A DNA stretch of 64,000 nucleotides from Paragordius varius (Eukaryota; Animalia; Nematomorpha): contig OZ176052.1 of the NCBI GenBank assembly GCA_964247055.1, forward strand, positions 4,960,001-5,024,000, given 5' to 3'. The position numbers were made by a program, and so were the translations under genes. The notes under the pieces were generated by a model that did not search any database, had not been told where the DNA came from, and worked only from the letters and a program-made list of their open reading frames with translations. This document shows, piece by piece, positions 14,953 through 29,300 of the stretch (the first letter of the stretch is position 1; every line of letters begins with the position of its first letter).

Positions 14953-16030
14953 GCGGATTTTAGTTAAAAAAAATGCCAAATGTGTTTTTATAAAAAATAA
15001 ACAAAATGATATAATTGAAATAATATGGCTCTTTTCATAGCGTAACGTGTGACATAAATTTTGCCTTTGTTTGAGTTCACGATATATAATATGATATTTA
15101 ATCGTGAGGTTCAAATTACTAAAATATATTTGTATATTTAATTTTGGAGGTTGTGTTGAGGTAACCAATTAAAATTATAAGTATTTATTAAAAAATTTTA
15201 TGTTTTCATACGTCTATAAGCAATAAAAATTATAATTATAATCAAAAAATTACACTAAAATTATAGATTAAAAACTGTTACTTTGCAAAATTCTAAAGGT
15301 ATTATTCCAATTTTTGTTATCAGGTTCAGTGAAGTATTTAGGTAAAATTTGCTTCACATTTAATTATATTCCACATTTTGTTAAGCATTTTTCAAAATAC
15401 GAGATTTTTAAGACATAGATCGGTTTTTCTGGGTCCATAACACAAGTGGCTCGGGTTTTATATCCAACTCAAAAATTTAAAGGGCGGTTTTATACATGGG
15501 CATTAACTGTTATTTTATTTTTAAAAAATATTAAAAAAAGTTAGGGAAATAACTAATTTATAACCAATTTTAACTAATTTATTTAAAAATTTGAGAGTTT
15601 AGATAAGAGATATTGATTTAACTCACTTCTTTTAAGTAAAATATATTTTTAATAATTTTTATTTATTTTTTATTTACCAAATGCGCGGGCCGATAATATT
15701 TTGGGAGGCCTCATGCGCCTTGCGGAACGCGTGTCGGACGGTTAAGACTACTAAAATGGATATATAAAGAAAACCATGGAATTCAGAAAGACTCCTAAAA
15801 TATTGTCAATTTTTAGCAATATTTGTGTATGCTATGCCAAATACTCTTTTTTATTAAGGTGACGACTCAAATGTATGAAATCCATAAAGCTTATGCACTT
15901 GCCTTATTGGCCCCAACAAAGAATTATGTTTTTTTATTCTTAATGTTAAAAATGCCTTTTTTCTCTGCTTGTAATATTATAATAACTTTAATTGAAAAAC
16001 AGACATTCAACATTTTATATTAGGTTAAGC
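14953..16030. promoter_or_regulatory. Candidate bidirectional promoter between FAM20B-like and HEATR1
   Basis: Start codons are divergent and about 1.08 kb apart; the interval contains a locally GC/CpG-rich patch at about 15700-15742. Promoter activity is inferred from gene geometry only. Confidence 0.45.
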
Positions 16031-17326
16031 ATGACTTCACTCTCGTATCAACTACAAAAATTGCGACAGCCCCTAAATACTATTTTTAAGCCCGATGATA
16101 GGCAGAAGCCATCTATATTATTTGACAAGAAAGAGGCTGCCAGCTTAGATCGTGACATATTTTTTTCATTAGGTTTATACATAATTATAATTAGGTGTCA
16201 ATGGCCTTCAAGAATTGCAAGCTTTGGATGCTAGTTTTGAAGAATATGAAGATATACTTTTTTCTGAGGAAAATAAAAATTTTGAACGAATAATCGAAAC
16301 TAAGGCTGTAAACGATGAGATAAATGATGCGATTAATAAGTTTTTAATAACTCTTTCGCCTTATTTGCTAATTAAACCGTCTTTGCAAACCATTGAATGG
16401 CTACTTCACAGGTTAAATTTATTCTATATATTATAGATATCATATTCATATTTTAAATATGGATGGAATAATGCTATGTTCTCTGCCATACCATGATACA
16501 AATTATTTTGTCAAAATCATTCAAACATTTAATTTGGCTTCCAAAGCCGATCAACGAAATAAATGGTCCTGGCTTTTACAATTACAAAATAAAGGCTCGC
16601 CGCTTTCTAACTTGGATCTTTGCAAGCAAATGTGTGCAGATTCCATTTTTTTAAAATTCGTTTTATCCATGCCAGAAAAATTCATCAAAGTATATTTTGT
16701 TGTTCATTTCTTTATTGTGCATAATCTTGCTATTTTATTTTAATTATCAATTTACAAATAATTTTTTATCTCAGATTTTGTCAAATAATAATCACCGTTA
16801 AAGGCACACATAAACGGTAAATATATTCTGTCATTATTCAGATTAAAGACTTTTAATCATTTTTATTTAGTAAACCCATTTATTATTATTTTTTAAAAGT
16901 TTGATAGCTAGCCGTTTCATAAGAAAAATAATAACTTTCACTGATGTTTTTAAAAGTATGACTGTAAAACTTATTGACTTGTCAAATTATCTATATTTAC
17001 CATTTACAATTCAAATTTACTCTTAAACAATTCAAATTTACCCTCTAACGATATTCACCCTAAAAATAACGTGTTTAAGATTAAAAATTACTTTTATTTT
17101 TTATAAAATATGAAATTCTGTTTAAATTTAATATAATGCTGAAAAATAATAAACTATGTGCCAAAAATTTATTTCATATTAATGATGAGTTATATTAGCT
17201 CAAAAACGCGTAATTTATTTTTAGGGTGAATTTGAATTGTTCAAGGGTGAATTTGAATTGTTCAAGGGTGAATTTGAATTGTTTGAGGGTGAATTAATTG
17301 TTTTTGTAATTTAAAATGTAAATGGT

Positions 17327-17361
<35 letters not shown>

Positions 17362-20300
17362 CTATAAAACATAAAAAAGTTTATTAAATATATAATTTAT
17401 GAAGGTCCATGGATCAGATAACCCTAAGCTAAAAACTCTTTTCGGGTTTTATGCCTCATCAATGATAGGGTTTATTCAAATGGCTGTTCTGCAGGAAAAC
17501 TCGATTAGTGCCATGGCACCCTGTCTGGAGAAAGGTTTGAAATCACAAGATACTTTGTACATTCTTTCAACCTATGCCATTATTACCACGTTATCACAAA
17601 AAATTCAATTAACTGATGAATTTTGGCAATCAATCACTAAATTGATTTGCAAGGTAGTGAGATTTTTTTGGTTTTATTAAAATTATGAAGACAACCATAT
17701 TTTTGTATATTTTAGATTTTAAATATATCATATCGTTTTGGTTGGGTGCAAAAGGTTATTCACAATAATAATCATTTAGATTATTACAATTTTTAAAGAT
17801 CAAAAATTATTTCTTAGTTTTTTGTCTTCATAATTTTTGCGTTTATTATATGTATACAACTCTTTTATTTTAAGACGTAAATTAAATATTAATTAAAATG
17901 GAAAATTCTATAATTATGAATATATATTAATAGTCGGTTCTTTAATTTGCTTTATAAATTATACTAAATAATGGCTTATTGATGTTTTTATTATAACAGA
18001 ATTTGAATTGGAAATTGATCGATCACGCCATAAAATGCATTTTGAACATTGCTACCTTTCAAGATTCACAACAAATTTTTAATCGGGAGTAAATAATTTT
18101 CGATTTTTATATTAAATATTTTAAAGTTAATAAAAATTTATGTCAATCTGTATTTTTTATATTTTTTTGATTATTAATTTAGAAGTTTAGAAGCGTTATG
18201 GTATAATGCACCCCCCGAAAACCTAGCTTTGTTATATGACACGATTAGCGTTTGTAGTGAAAAAATTGATACATCTCCTCTTATTTGTAAACTCTTGCTT
18301 TGTAGTTTTAATCGCATGTTGGATATCGTTAAATCCTCGTATACTGATGTTATAAACAACAGCAATACAAATTCTAAATCCGATTTTAAAAGCATTTGCC
18401 AATCCATTTTAAATTTTATTTCTTCTCAACCATTGTCTATTTTTGCATGCTCTGTTCCTACAAGTGTAAAAGTTAATTTGAATCGAAAACGTAAAAAGAA
18501 AAGTAATACTGCCGTAAATGATGTATTGTCATCCAATGAAACTATGGATGTCGCAACTTTTACAATTAGGTATATTGGTTTTTTAATTTTTTTAATGAAT
18601 ATTTTTTTTTATTAAACTTTATACTTGTAAACAATACTATATTAATTGTTAATATATAGGAAACTCATAGACATCTACCTGAAAATCCACTCTAAAATTA
18701 TTCCCATTACACAAAGTAACCTTTCAAATGATGATGAATTAATTATACCATCAACAACTATTACATTAAAATTAATTTGCAAACAATTTGGTAAAATGTT
18801 AGGCACGCTTGATGCCTTATTCCCTGATACGGTGGAAAGTGTTTTAAACCATTATCTTAAACGTAAAAAGCACCATACTAACGATAAAAAACATTCTGGT
18901 CCTCTTGAAAAAATTATGACGCTCCTTACCTCGCCTAAATATAAGGTTTTTATCGATAATATCTATGTATAAAATATTGTTGCATGTCACAAGATATTAA
19001 ATTTGTTTTGTTTCCTCATTTGATTTATGGTAAAATCGTGAGAGTATTTTAATTAAAAGTATACAACTATGCATAATACAAGTTTTTAAAGTGTAAAGAA
19101 ATAAGTTTACGCATATATTTTTTAACCATGCTTATTTTTGTTTATCACTTTTAGATTATGGAGACGTCAGAAACTACTCATCCTGAAAATCCACTGAATG
19201 CGAGATTTCAAGAAGCAACGAAATTAATGTAATAGATTTTTTTATGAAATCATTGTTAATTGATTGATTAAATGTAAAATAAAACGTTTTATTATTGTAA
19301 ATTAGAAAATTACGATGAAAAGTATATGGCTAAATTTTTTTATAACCTATATATCTAAATTTTTATATATAAGAATAAAGTTTTTAACAAACTATTATAT
19401 GAAAAATTCTTATGTTGAAAATTATATGCCTATTTTTTAAACATATATTTTCATATAGCGAAAAATTAGATCTATGTCTAAAAGAGCTATTGGAGCCGAC
19501 CCTTGCAATATATAATGTTGCTAATGACATAATCCGATGTATTATGGATTTATTACCATATTTATACGCAAATGATAAAAACACCAACACTGATTATACT
19601 AACGTAGCCAATAAATTCATTCAATCAACCTTTTATCAGACGCACCCTATTATGCAAGGATTGCGTGAAAGTATAAACGTTTAAATGCTTTTTAGCTTAA
19701 TATGGCAAATATATTTCGTAAAATTGCTAATCTTTTATTTAACATTTCTAATCATTAAGGTAAATGGTCAACTCTCCTAACTACAAACCCTTCTAAAATC
19801 AATCCGACACAATGTAACTCGATCTTTACTCAAACATTTGCATCAAGTTTTATGAAATCCTTAGCAAAAAAAGAAATTTTTGAAATATTTTTACCCCAAT
19901 TTGTTGCCGATTTAAAGCATGCATGTTGTGCCATTTTTGATAACTTTTTTGCTCAAGAAAATTTTGATATGGACAAATTAACCACCATTTATAATCATAT
20001 TGAATTACTGAAACATTTATATGGATTATTAAATCAAGAATCTACTTTGCATGTTGAAAATTATGAAAATATTATTTTGACTTCATTGAACACCATTAGT
20101 CAAAGATTGTTGACCCTAATGTATAAATGGAAGTTTTGGGGTCACAAATTTAAAGTAATGATTTTACAATTTTATTTTCGTTTTCAATTTAATCCATTTT
20201 TAAATTAAATATTTACTATTAGAACATGTCTGTGGATACTCTTTACAAAAATGCATCCAGTCTGTACAATCAATTATTTGTTGAACATTTGTCGAATAAC

Positions 20301-23300
20301 AAAACTGACAATACCGAAAATCCTAAAGATGATGATAGTGATGGAAATATTGAAAAATCATCTCAACATGTTAATGAATTAGCAATACAAAAAATGTTAA
20401 TTGTTAATTTGTCCCAAATAATGGATATTATGGCTCAAAATACTTTTGATAAAAGTTTTTTTCCTTTAGAAATTATAACTTCGGGCCTTCAACATGACAC
20501 AACTCAGGATGAATTGAATCATTTAAAATGTGAACTCATTTATCAAATGTACAAGTTTTTAACGATTAAAGCAATACATGCCAATGTCAAAGGCATTAAT
20601 GAAATTGATTCGAATATCGAAGAGTTTAATTTGTTCTCTTGGATGTTTAAACATATATTTTTGGAGGTAAATTTTTTTGTGTAGATTTTTTTCTGTTGGT
20701 GTTGAAATCAATTTTTAGGACTTTTATTAAATAAGAGCGATATATCTTTTATAGTTTTATAAATTTATACATGTAATCAAACGTTTTAGATATTATTTAT
20801 GCAATACTTTTACAAATAAAATATATTTAAAATAATATTCATATATTTGGTTTTGGTTTAGAAATTAATTTTTGCGTCTTCGTCTGATATTCAACAAAAA
20901 ACATCAAGTATTCTTTCCTTTTCGCTATTCATATACACATATACTATGGATAAGAATGTGCATTCTCCGGAATCAAATAGACTTTTAATGCTTGTCACCA
21001 ATCATAACCTCTTCAAACTTTTGAATGATATTTCAAATCTTGATGGATTTGATTGGGAATTACGTATATATATGTTTTTTTTACATAATAATTAAAGAAA
21101 ATAGTCGTCGATTATTTGGAAATATATTTTTGTCAAAATTGTTAACATATTTTGAATGTTGTTGAAAATAATAAGAATTTAACCGTTTTGCTTTTGTAAC
21201 TTTCTTTTAATAGACATACGATTGCTTCTCAAAATATTTGATAAAACATTAGTATTATTTCAACTTTTACCTGTTTAAATTGTTATACATATTGCCATAG
21301 TTTTGAAATACATTTTGGTACAATTTATGTCACCCGATCATACAATACGTCTTTCTCTGCTGAAACATTTGCAAAGTTTTATTTCCTGCATCCCAAATCT
21401 CAACATTAATGAGAAAGCAGTCTTGAACGAAAGTTACAGCAGCGATAAAAGTCAGAAACGCTTAACATTTGAACAATTTACCAATTTTGCGAAATATGCT
21501 ATAGAAAACGAGGATAAAATAACGACAGAAGAAAATGGCATCTGTGAAGTAACTTATATTATTTAAATTAATCCATAAAAGTTAAGCAATTACTCCTTAA
21601 ACGAGTATAATCATGTAATAATTCAACAATACTTTAAAAGATATTTATATTTATATGCCTATTTTTTATATAAACATTTAAGGTACGATTATGTCTTATT
21701 TTGATATAGGTTGCCAAAATCTTACTAACTAATCGAGCGACTGAACATGCCCTAGCGAAAAAAGCAGCAAAACATCTATTTTTGCATCTCAAGAAAAGTT
21801 TTGCTTTATATTTTGAAAACAATCCATCCCAGTTTAACCGTAATGTTATGCTTTTGAATGCGAAACTCATGGGATTAGGTTCAAGGCTAACTAATGATCA
21901 GGTTTTTTTTACAACAAATTCAATTAATTTCTTTTTTAAATTATTCATTATTTCTCTGTTTTTAGTGGTACCTTGAATCATTTTTAATCCCTACCTGTAA
22001 TGCCGTGTGGAAAAACATAAAAACTACTGCGATTACAACAGATGATATAAGCTCTTATCCTAACTTACATGACGATAAGTGTCTTTATATGTTAACACAA
22101 TCGTTACAATGTGTAATGCGACACTTGGGTCATTCCCTAACCCATTTAAATAATGGGGACATGGGTGGCCTACTACCAGATAAAAAAATAGGAAAAACTT
22201 GTGAACTATTTGACTCTTTACTGAAAACCATAAATGAAATTATTGGCACATCTTTAACAATGTCTAATCAACCAATGCTTGAACATGATGAAAAGATGCG
22301 TAGGCGATTAATTATGATGTTTATGCAGTGCATATGTGATTCCACGGTATATTTATATTATTGAATACATTTTTTACCTAATAATACAAAGTTTTTTGTT
22401 ATGAAGTTTTAAATACGGACGAATTTGATTCATGATTATTTATTTTATTTTTTATATGTTAATTTTAATTTTTTTTTAGTTTTTATACCCATTATCAAAA
22501 TTTGCTTTGACTATTGATTCAAGCAATCAAGGATCGATTTCAAACTCAAATATCACCGCCAATATATCCTATCAAACAAAAATTACTTTTTTCATACACG
22601 TGCTAAAAATGGCTAATGTTTCATGTTCTTCTACAATAACGTCTGCACAAAATAATTATAGTGTTGGTGGTGGTGTTTTAACGCCACAATTTTTGTCGAA
22701 ACTCAAGTTGCGTAAAATTTTGATTAATTTGGTTTGGAATGAAACCAAACATTTTACATCTTTTGCTTCATTTTTCATTGGAAAAATATTTGGTTTAACC
22801 TCTGACATGGCTATTACGCTGGCTCGACGCAATTTTATGACAACTTATGATACCAGTAACATCAACAATAATGATAAAGGTTGGTTGAATTTTTTACCAT
22901 TTTTTTTGCAAAGATTATATATGACTTAAAAACTTTTTTCTATTAAAGTTAAAATACATACAATCAACCTGATTTAATGTTTTCTTCGTTATATGATGAT
23001 TTTTTTTGTTTTAGTGTAAGAGGTATTATATTAATGAGATTCGTATTAACGTCGTGAATAATGAAGGAAATAAAAATAAATTTATTAAAGACTCAAATTT
23101 TCGCCCAATGGCATCATCAGGAGTTGTTAAAAGAAAAAACTTTAAAATAAAGTACAACAAAGAAATTAATGTTTTTAGTTTTTAGATTTCATGCCGCAAT
23201 TAACCTATTTTTTCGACTCCTCATTTAAATTTTCCTTGCGAATCATCATTTAAATAAATTACAATTACTCAGTTTCAACATCATACACAATTCATCCATT

Positions 23301-26300
23301 TTTGTAAAAAGGCACAAATTGTTTAATTCAAAAATCCGTTGAGGGAGATAGATAAATTTTCTGTTGTTAGGCATTTTATAATGTATACTTAAACAAACGA
23401 AATTCGAAATTTAATCGAGATTAACTGTGATATTTATGTGTTTGAGATCATTATAATAAAATCAACGCAGATTTTTATTTCTTCTCTTGGTTTTAATTTT
23501 TTTCCACTAAGGTCCCCCAATTTATACGATATATCGAACCTCTAATTTTTTGTCTTTACCCCAATTTCTCGATACTCTATTTTTTTAGAATAATTCTTAA
23601 TTTATGCTAAAGCAGATCATTACAAAGCTTCTTTTCCAGCGTCAAAAGAGAATTTTTTTTAAAAAAAATCATTATAGTTATTTTTTGGCTATGAATATAA
23701 TTTAAATAAAAAATGCAAGTCTAGATATAGTTAACATATTCTAGCTATCTCAAAGTACAAGTTGGCAGATAAGCATTTAACTCACTCATTATAAAACCGA
23801 CTCATAAGGGTTTGAGCATAGATTGGATACAAATATAGTCAGCAGTAAACTTAAAATTATTGTACCCGGAAAATCCAGATTTTTAATTCCTTCTACTTAT
23901 GAAATAATGAACTCTTTTGAAAAGTTATAAAAAATTCTAATGCTTCCCTTGAAAATTAAAAAAAAACACTAACGACTAATTGTTCATTAATTTAATAAAA
24001 ATTATGGATAAAAAATGCCATTGCATAGCTACTTGTTTACTTTTAAAATCTTAATTAGGAATAAGGTAGTCCTATAATAAAACAGGAAAAATTGATAACA
24101 TTTTTTTAAAAAATTTGTGTGACTTATACAAATCAAGTAAATAAAAAGATAAATAAATCTACAATATCAATCGAACAATTAGGGCATTTGAAAATTAACT
24201 ATATCATTTGTTTTGGAAAATATTTTATATAACTTTTCATATATTTCTTTATTATTGTAGATTTATGGGAATCTTTTTTGTCCGTTTTAACCGATACAAT
24301 TTTAAAGACGTCAAATACCGAGACCGAAATTCAATATTTAGAATACATTCTCGAATTATTATACCAAGTTGCCTGTTCAAAAATTACAACGGCCAATTCA
24401 TTTATAAGCCTTAAAACATTATCTTTCCTTCAATCTATCATACCACCCATTTTTATTCTTTTAGATTGGTAAGAATTTTAATCATTAATTTACGGGTTAT
24501 AAAGCTTTGATAATTTAGTAATTTATTGTCAAAATTATTATCCCTAAATTTACCACATATTCATACTTGATATACTAGCATAAACGATAATTTACCCGGC
24601 GCCGACGACGAAAACTCATCAAAACCAATTATCCAAACACAAGATATGATTCTATTACAAAGACTCTGCCTTAAAATTCTACTTTCCTCGGTAGAACCAC
24701 TACTTTGCTTGAATGCTAATACACCAAGCAAGGTGATGCACGATAATTCTGACCATTGCATAAAATCTATTACGCTACTTATTCGTCATTCATTTCAAAT
24801 TGATACGTTGATTAAAATCCTCTTTTATATTTGCTGCTCTACCCCTAAATATGATACGCAAAAAATGGATATTAACAGCGGAAATTTAATAATGTGCCAA
24901 ATTAATAATTTCAATATTGATGTAACATACATCCGTCAATGCATTATACATATTTTGGCCTGGGTTGCCCCCGTATTCGGTGAAACATTGGTTCACAGCG
25001 TTTTCTCACTATTTACATTTATGGGAAAAACGGACATTCAAACGAGATTCGAGGATGAAAATGCAGTCATCAAGTATATTGACTTGGATTATTGCGTTTT
25101 TTTTTCAGAATTGAAAGCGGAATAATTTTAGTTGTTAAGGTTTTTGCCAATTAAAAAGGGTTACGTTATTTTGAAGTTTAAAAAAATGTTTTTTTTTCCT
25201 ATCTTTCTAACACCTTTAATCGTAATGATGGCGGCCTCTCTTTTATTTAATCTATGTATTTTTTTTTCAAAATTATCAGGAAAAAATGTAATGATAATAA
25301 ATTTTTTAAATTGAATGTCAACTTTTTTTGCCCATTTATTCACACTGGATCCAAATACTATCTTTGCATTTAAAAAAGAGAACCGGTAGAATCGAAACCA
25401 TTCAGAAATTATGTTTTTTGGATTTTTTTCAACAAAACTATGTATCTTGGGCTTATTATGCATTTTTGTTTTCAGGAGTAAAATTACCGATCAATTGGAA
25501 ATTGATAATGCGTACAGCTTTGAAACATTGGACAGTGTCATAGATATATTGATCCCTGCCTGCATAAATCAAGTTTTTTATAAATCAATAATTATACATA
25601 TAAGTCTTTTATATTTGTCAGTTTTAGTGTGAATCTACCTATCGATTGATAATTTTGATTACAATTATATTTCTTTTTAATTTCATATAGGCAGTTGTGT
25701 CCCAGAATTTGGCAAACATCAGTTTTGAAGACTTCACAAAAGCTTTGTTAAAGGAATCTGTAAAATATCTTTTGTGCTTTACGGATGCATTTGAACATAT
25801 ACCTTCCCACCGACGGATTCCTATATACTCAAATCTTTTAATAGTTTTGTCCGATAATATAACAGCCCAAGAAAAGTTAATTAAACGAAACCATATAGAT
25901 ATGGTGGGATCTCCTGATGAAAATACATTTGCACAAAGGGTTTATTATAATAAATATAAAACTGAATATTATTTTTAAACTGGTTGTATTCTATTTTACG
26001 ATTGCAGTATAATAAAAATACAGTGCTAGTTTTTCCTTAAATATGGATAGTATTTTGAATAAAGACTATTTTAAGCCATATTATTTTTTTACCTGTTGAT
26101 GTAAAACAAACAAAATATATTTTTATACATATCTTATAGAGTTCATTGCCAGACATGTTTTTACGATGGGCTTACCTTTTGCACTACCGACAACCTAATA
26201 ACAATAACATACTACCACAAGAAGTATATTATACTTTTTCCGATTCTTGTTTTTATAACATAAATCTATTTCAAACATTTTATATTAATATAAATCAATT

Positions 26301-26306
26301 ACAAAA

Positions 26307-26350
<44 letters not shown>

Positions 26351-29300
26351 TTTACAGTTCAAATCATCCTTGAACAATTCAAATTCACCCTCTTTCGTTT
26401 AAAATTATAATACTGAAAAATTAATAAAATATAAGAATATATTTCAATGATGAGTTTAGCTTGAAAACACGTAATTTATTTTTAATTTTGAATTGTTCGA
26501 GGGTGAATTTGAATTGTTTAAGGTTGAATTTGAATTGTAAATTGAATATATGTTATATATAGAATGTTTCATCGACTGCCAACGCTCATTGTATTGATTG
26601 CATAATAAACTTATGGGAATTACTAGTTTCACATATGCCTATCAGTGAGAACACTCTGGATTATGACTCAAAGTCTAAGTGTAAAATAGATTTTATGTAC
26701 CACGCCCTATCTAAACTCTTGTTTTATTTCATATTAAATACACATCGCACATGCAATACTACTTATGATATGGAGACAACAATGTCTTTAGAAGGTATTC
26801 CTTATATGACATTTTTTGATGCCTTTTTAAGGATTAATTCCATGTATCAAAAATTTAAATTTCAAATAATTTAATATATTTTTCATGTATAGATAATCTT
26901 GAATATACGGTTCTTAATGAGTTTGGACTTGTACCTGAAGCCAATCCTTTTAATCAAAATAGTTTTGGTGTGCTTATATATTTGGTTCATGTGTTGAAAG
27001 CAATCGTTTCCTCCATGAACCATGATATAGTTAACACAATTGATAAAACAAATAAGACATGGGTAATATATTTTAATGCATGTATGTTAGACAGCTATCA
27101 AACTATTTCTAGATTAGATATTATAAAATTTATTAATTATTAGAATTTTTTAGTTTTCTAATGAAAGTGTTGAAATTAACGCTATCGTAAATCTTTTATA
27201 TGATTTAATAGGAATAAAATATGATTTTTTTGAAAACTTCTTTGTATCAAAGACGGAATTTAAAACTATTTTTCCTTATAATATATGATTAGCATTAAAC
27301 CGTTAATACTACATTATCTGTTTGTGTATTACCTGTTTCAATAGCATTAGAAACTTTTTGTTATATTTTATACGTATAAATTATATGTTAATTTTATTAT
27401 TATGTGGGGAAATTTTTTAAGATATTAAATTTAAACCCGATATGAACAGAATCATGAATTTTAACTTAAATTATAGTTTTTTCCGTATCAATGATTTATC
27501 TTTAGCCTTGTCGATTGGATATATATAATGTTGAAACATTTGTAAAATGGAAAGTGTTATCATCGGTTAATATTTTATATTGATTTTCAAACTATGCAAT
27601 ATTTTAAGACTATAATATAATTATAACTTGTGTACTATTCATTAGTTATTATCATAATTATTACCTATTTATAATTTATTTATATCAAAATAATCTTCGG
27701 ATGCCACCAATATACATTTTGTTCTATATATGAAACTTTCTTAGATTAAATTGGTGAAACAATTGATATCCACATTACAACAAACATACTTCCTAATCCA
27801 TGAAAACTATTCAAACTCAATCGTAATAACTAAAGAAAAAAATTTGGCTCGGGACCAAAAACATCTTTTGATACAAATACTAACAATGCTTAAAACCATA
27901 TCTTTATGGATTAAACCGGCTACATTTGTTAAAATTATGTTGAAACTTTTTACGTCTGACAAAGACGAAAAAACGGTAATTTTATTTTTTAGGATTAACT
28001 CTCTTACTTTTTTATATGGTAAATTGTATTGTTTATATCATATAAATAATTGGAATTTTTTTGTTTTAAATATAAGTTTTTTCCCAAAAAATATACAATA
28101 AACCTTTTTTTCTTTTAGAGTTTATCTCCTGTTCAACAATATAATAGCCTTGATTTGCTTAATCATGTGTTTTCCACTAAAAGATACAATTCTCCTGATA
28201 TAAATATATATATTTCAGATTCTGAGGTAATTCTATATTTATCTTACTTAATAATCTTGTATAACTATATTTTTTGTAAATTAAAATACCTGATGATCAT
28301 TTTTAAGAATAAACAATAATCACAATGATTTACATATGCTTTATTCCAGTGTTTTCCAAAAAGGGGGACGCGAAAATTTTGAAAAATTCATTTAAATTAT
28401 AAAACTAGAAACAAATTGAAAGTTAATCTGGTGCAAATAATTAATGTTTATCCCCGATATGGAAAAGGTATTTCCAGAATTTCGCATCTGAGATCTTGAT
28501 TATGCTTTTTATAATATTATAATAATTTTTTTTCTCGGAGAAGTTGGTAGGGGGGCAAGAATTTCTTTTCACTTTGGTGGGGCGTGAACAAAAAATGGTT
28601 GGGAACCACTTAAAATTAAATATACAATTACCCAAAATTTTTATACTTAAAAAAATAAGATATTTGAATTATTTCTTATTTTCAGTTTTTAACCGTTGAT
28701 TATGATAAATCTTATTAATTTAGTGTAATATATTCTTTCTTCATTAATCTTCTTTATGATTTAAGCATCATTTGTATGTTAACAAACTTCTCCCATTTTT
28801 GATGGAAAAACTATCACACATTAATAATACAAGCTTGTGCGCCCTGCAAAGTAATGACATAAACGCACTCACAAATTATTCAAAACCGCAAATCAATGAT
28901 TTAGAATTTGATGTGGCATGCGCTCAATTATGTATTGTTACAATCAAACGTGTATTACAGTTATGTGGTATCGATAACGTTAATAATAATATGAATAAAA
29001 ATACGAAGAAAAATATCAATATTATCCCAAAAGCCAACCAATTAAAGGCTGAAATGATAGAAAAGGTATGTATTACATATATTTATATGTTTTAATTTAT
29101 CATTTTTTTTGAATATGGATATAAAGTGAGAAATTGTTTACATTGACTTTTTAATGTTTATAATGATGATTTGTGCGGTTTTTTATAGTTAGTTTTTAGA
29201 ATTTATATTAAATCATCCATAAGTCAATTTAATTGCAATTTATTTGTCTTTTTAGATCATTACCACAATATACGACACTCTTAAACGCCTTAATGAACTT

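Noticed and set aside
15027-15043. Histone stem-loop-like GGCTCTTTTCATAGCG
   Set aside because: The stem is mismatched, no histone ORF lies upstream, and it sits in the FAM20B upstream region.
21234-21288. Apparent AT-AC (minor-type) intron in HEATR1 giving HTIASQNIAIVLKYILVQFMSP
   Set aside because: A canonical GT-AG intron at 21064-21300 keeps the frame without it, the 5' end (ATATTTGA) lacks the U12 ATATCC consensus, and no U12 branch site is visible. Only junction reads could revive it.
23015-23185. About 56-codon open frame after an AG inside the 1.4-kb HEATR1 intron
   Set aside because: Not needed for the HEATR1 frame, wrong phase, ends in a stop, and shows no similarity; expected by chance.
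1276-25463. Short antisense ORFs overlapping exons (for example 1276, 8907, 18174, 19384, 21634, 24561, 25161)
   Set aside because: Shadow ORFs of real exons or intronic AT-rich frames with no independent evidence.
26793-26802. U12-like donor GTATTCCTTA in HEATR1
   Set aside because: One-base mismatch to GTATCCTT and no U12 branch point near the acceptor; treated as an ordinary U2 intron.
27063-27153. Apparent frameshift or in-frame TAA/TAG readthrough in HEATR1
   Set aside because: Resolved by canonical introns 27063-27153 and 27187-27744 around a 33-nt exon (FSNESVEINAI).
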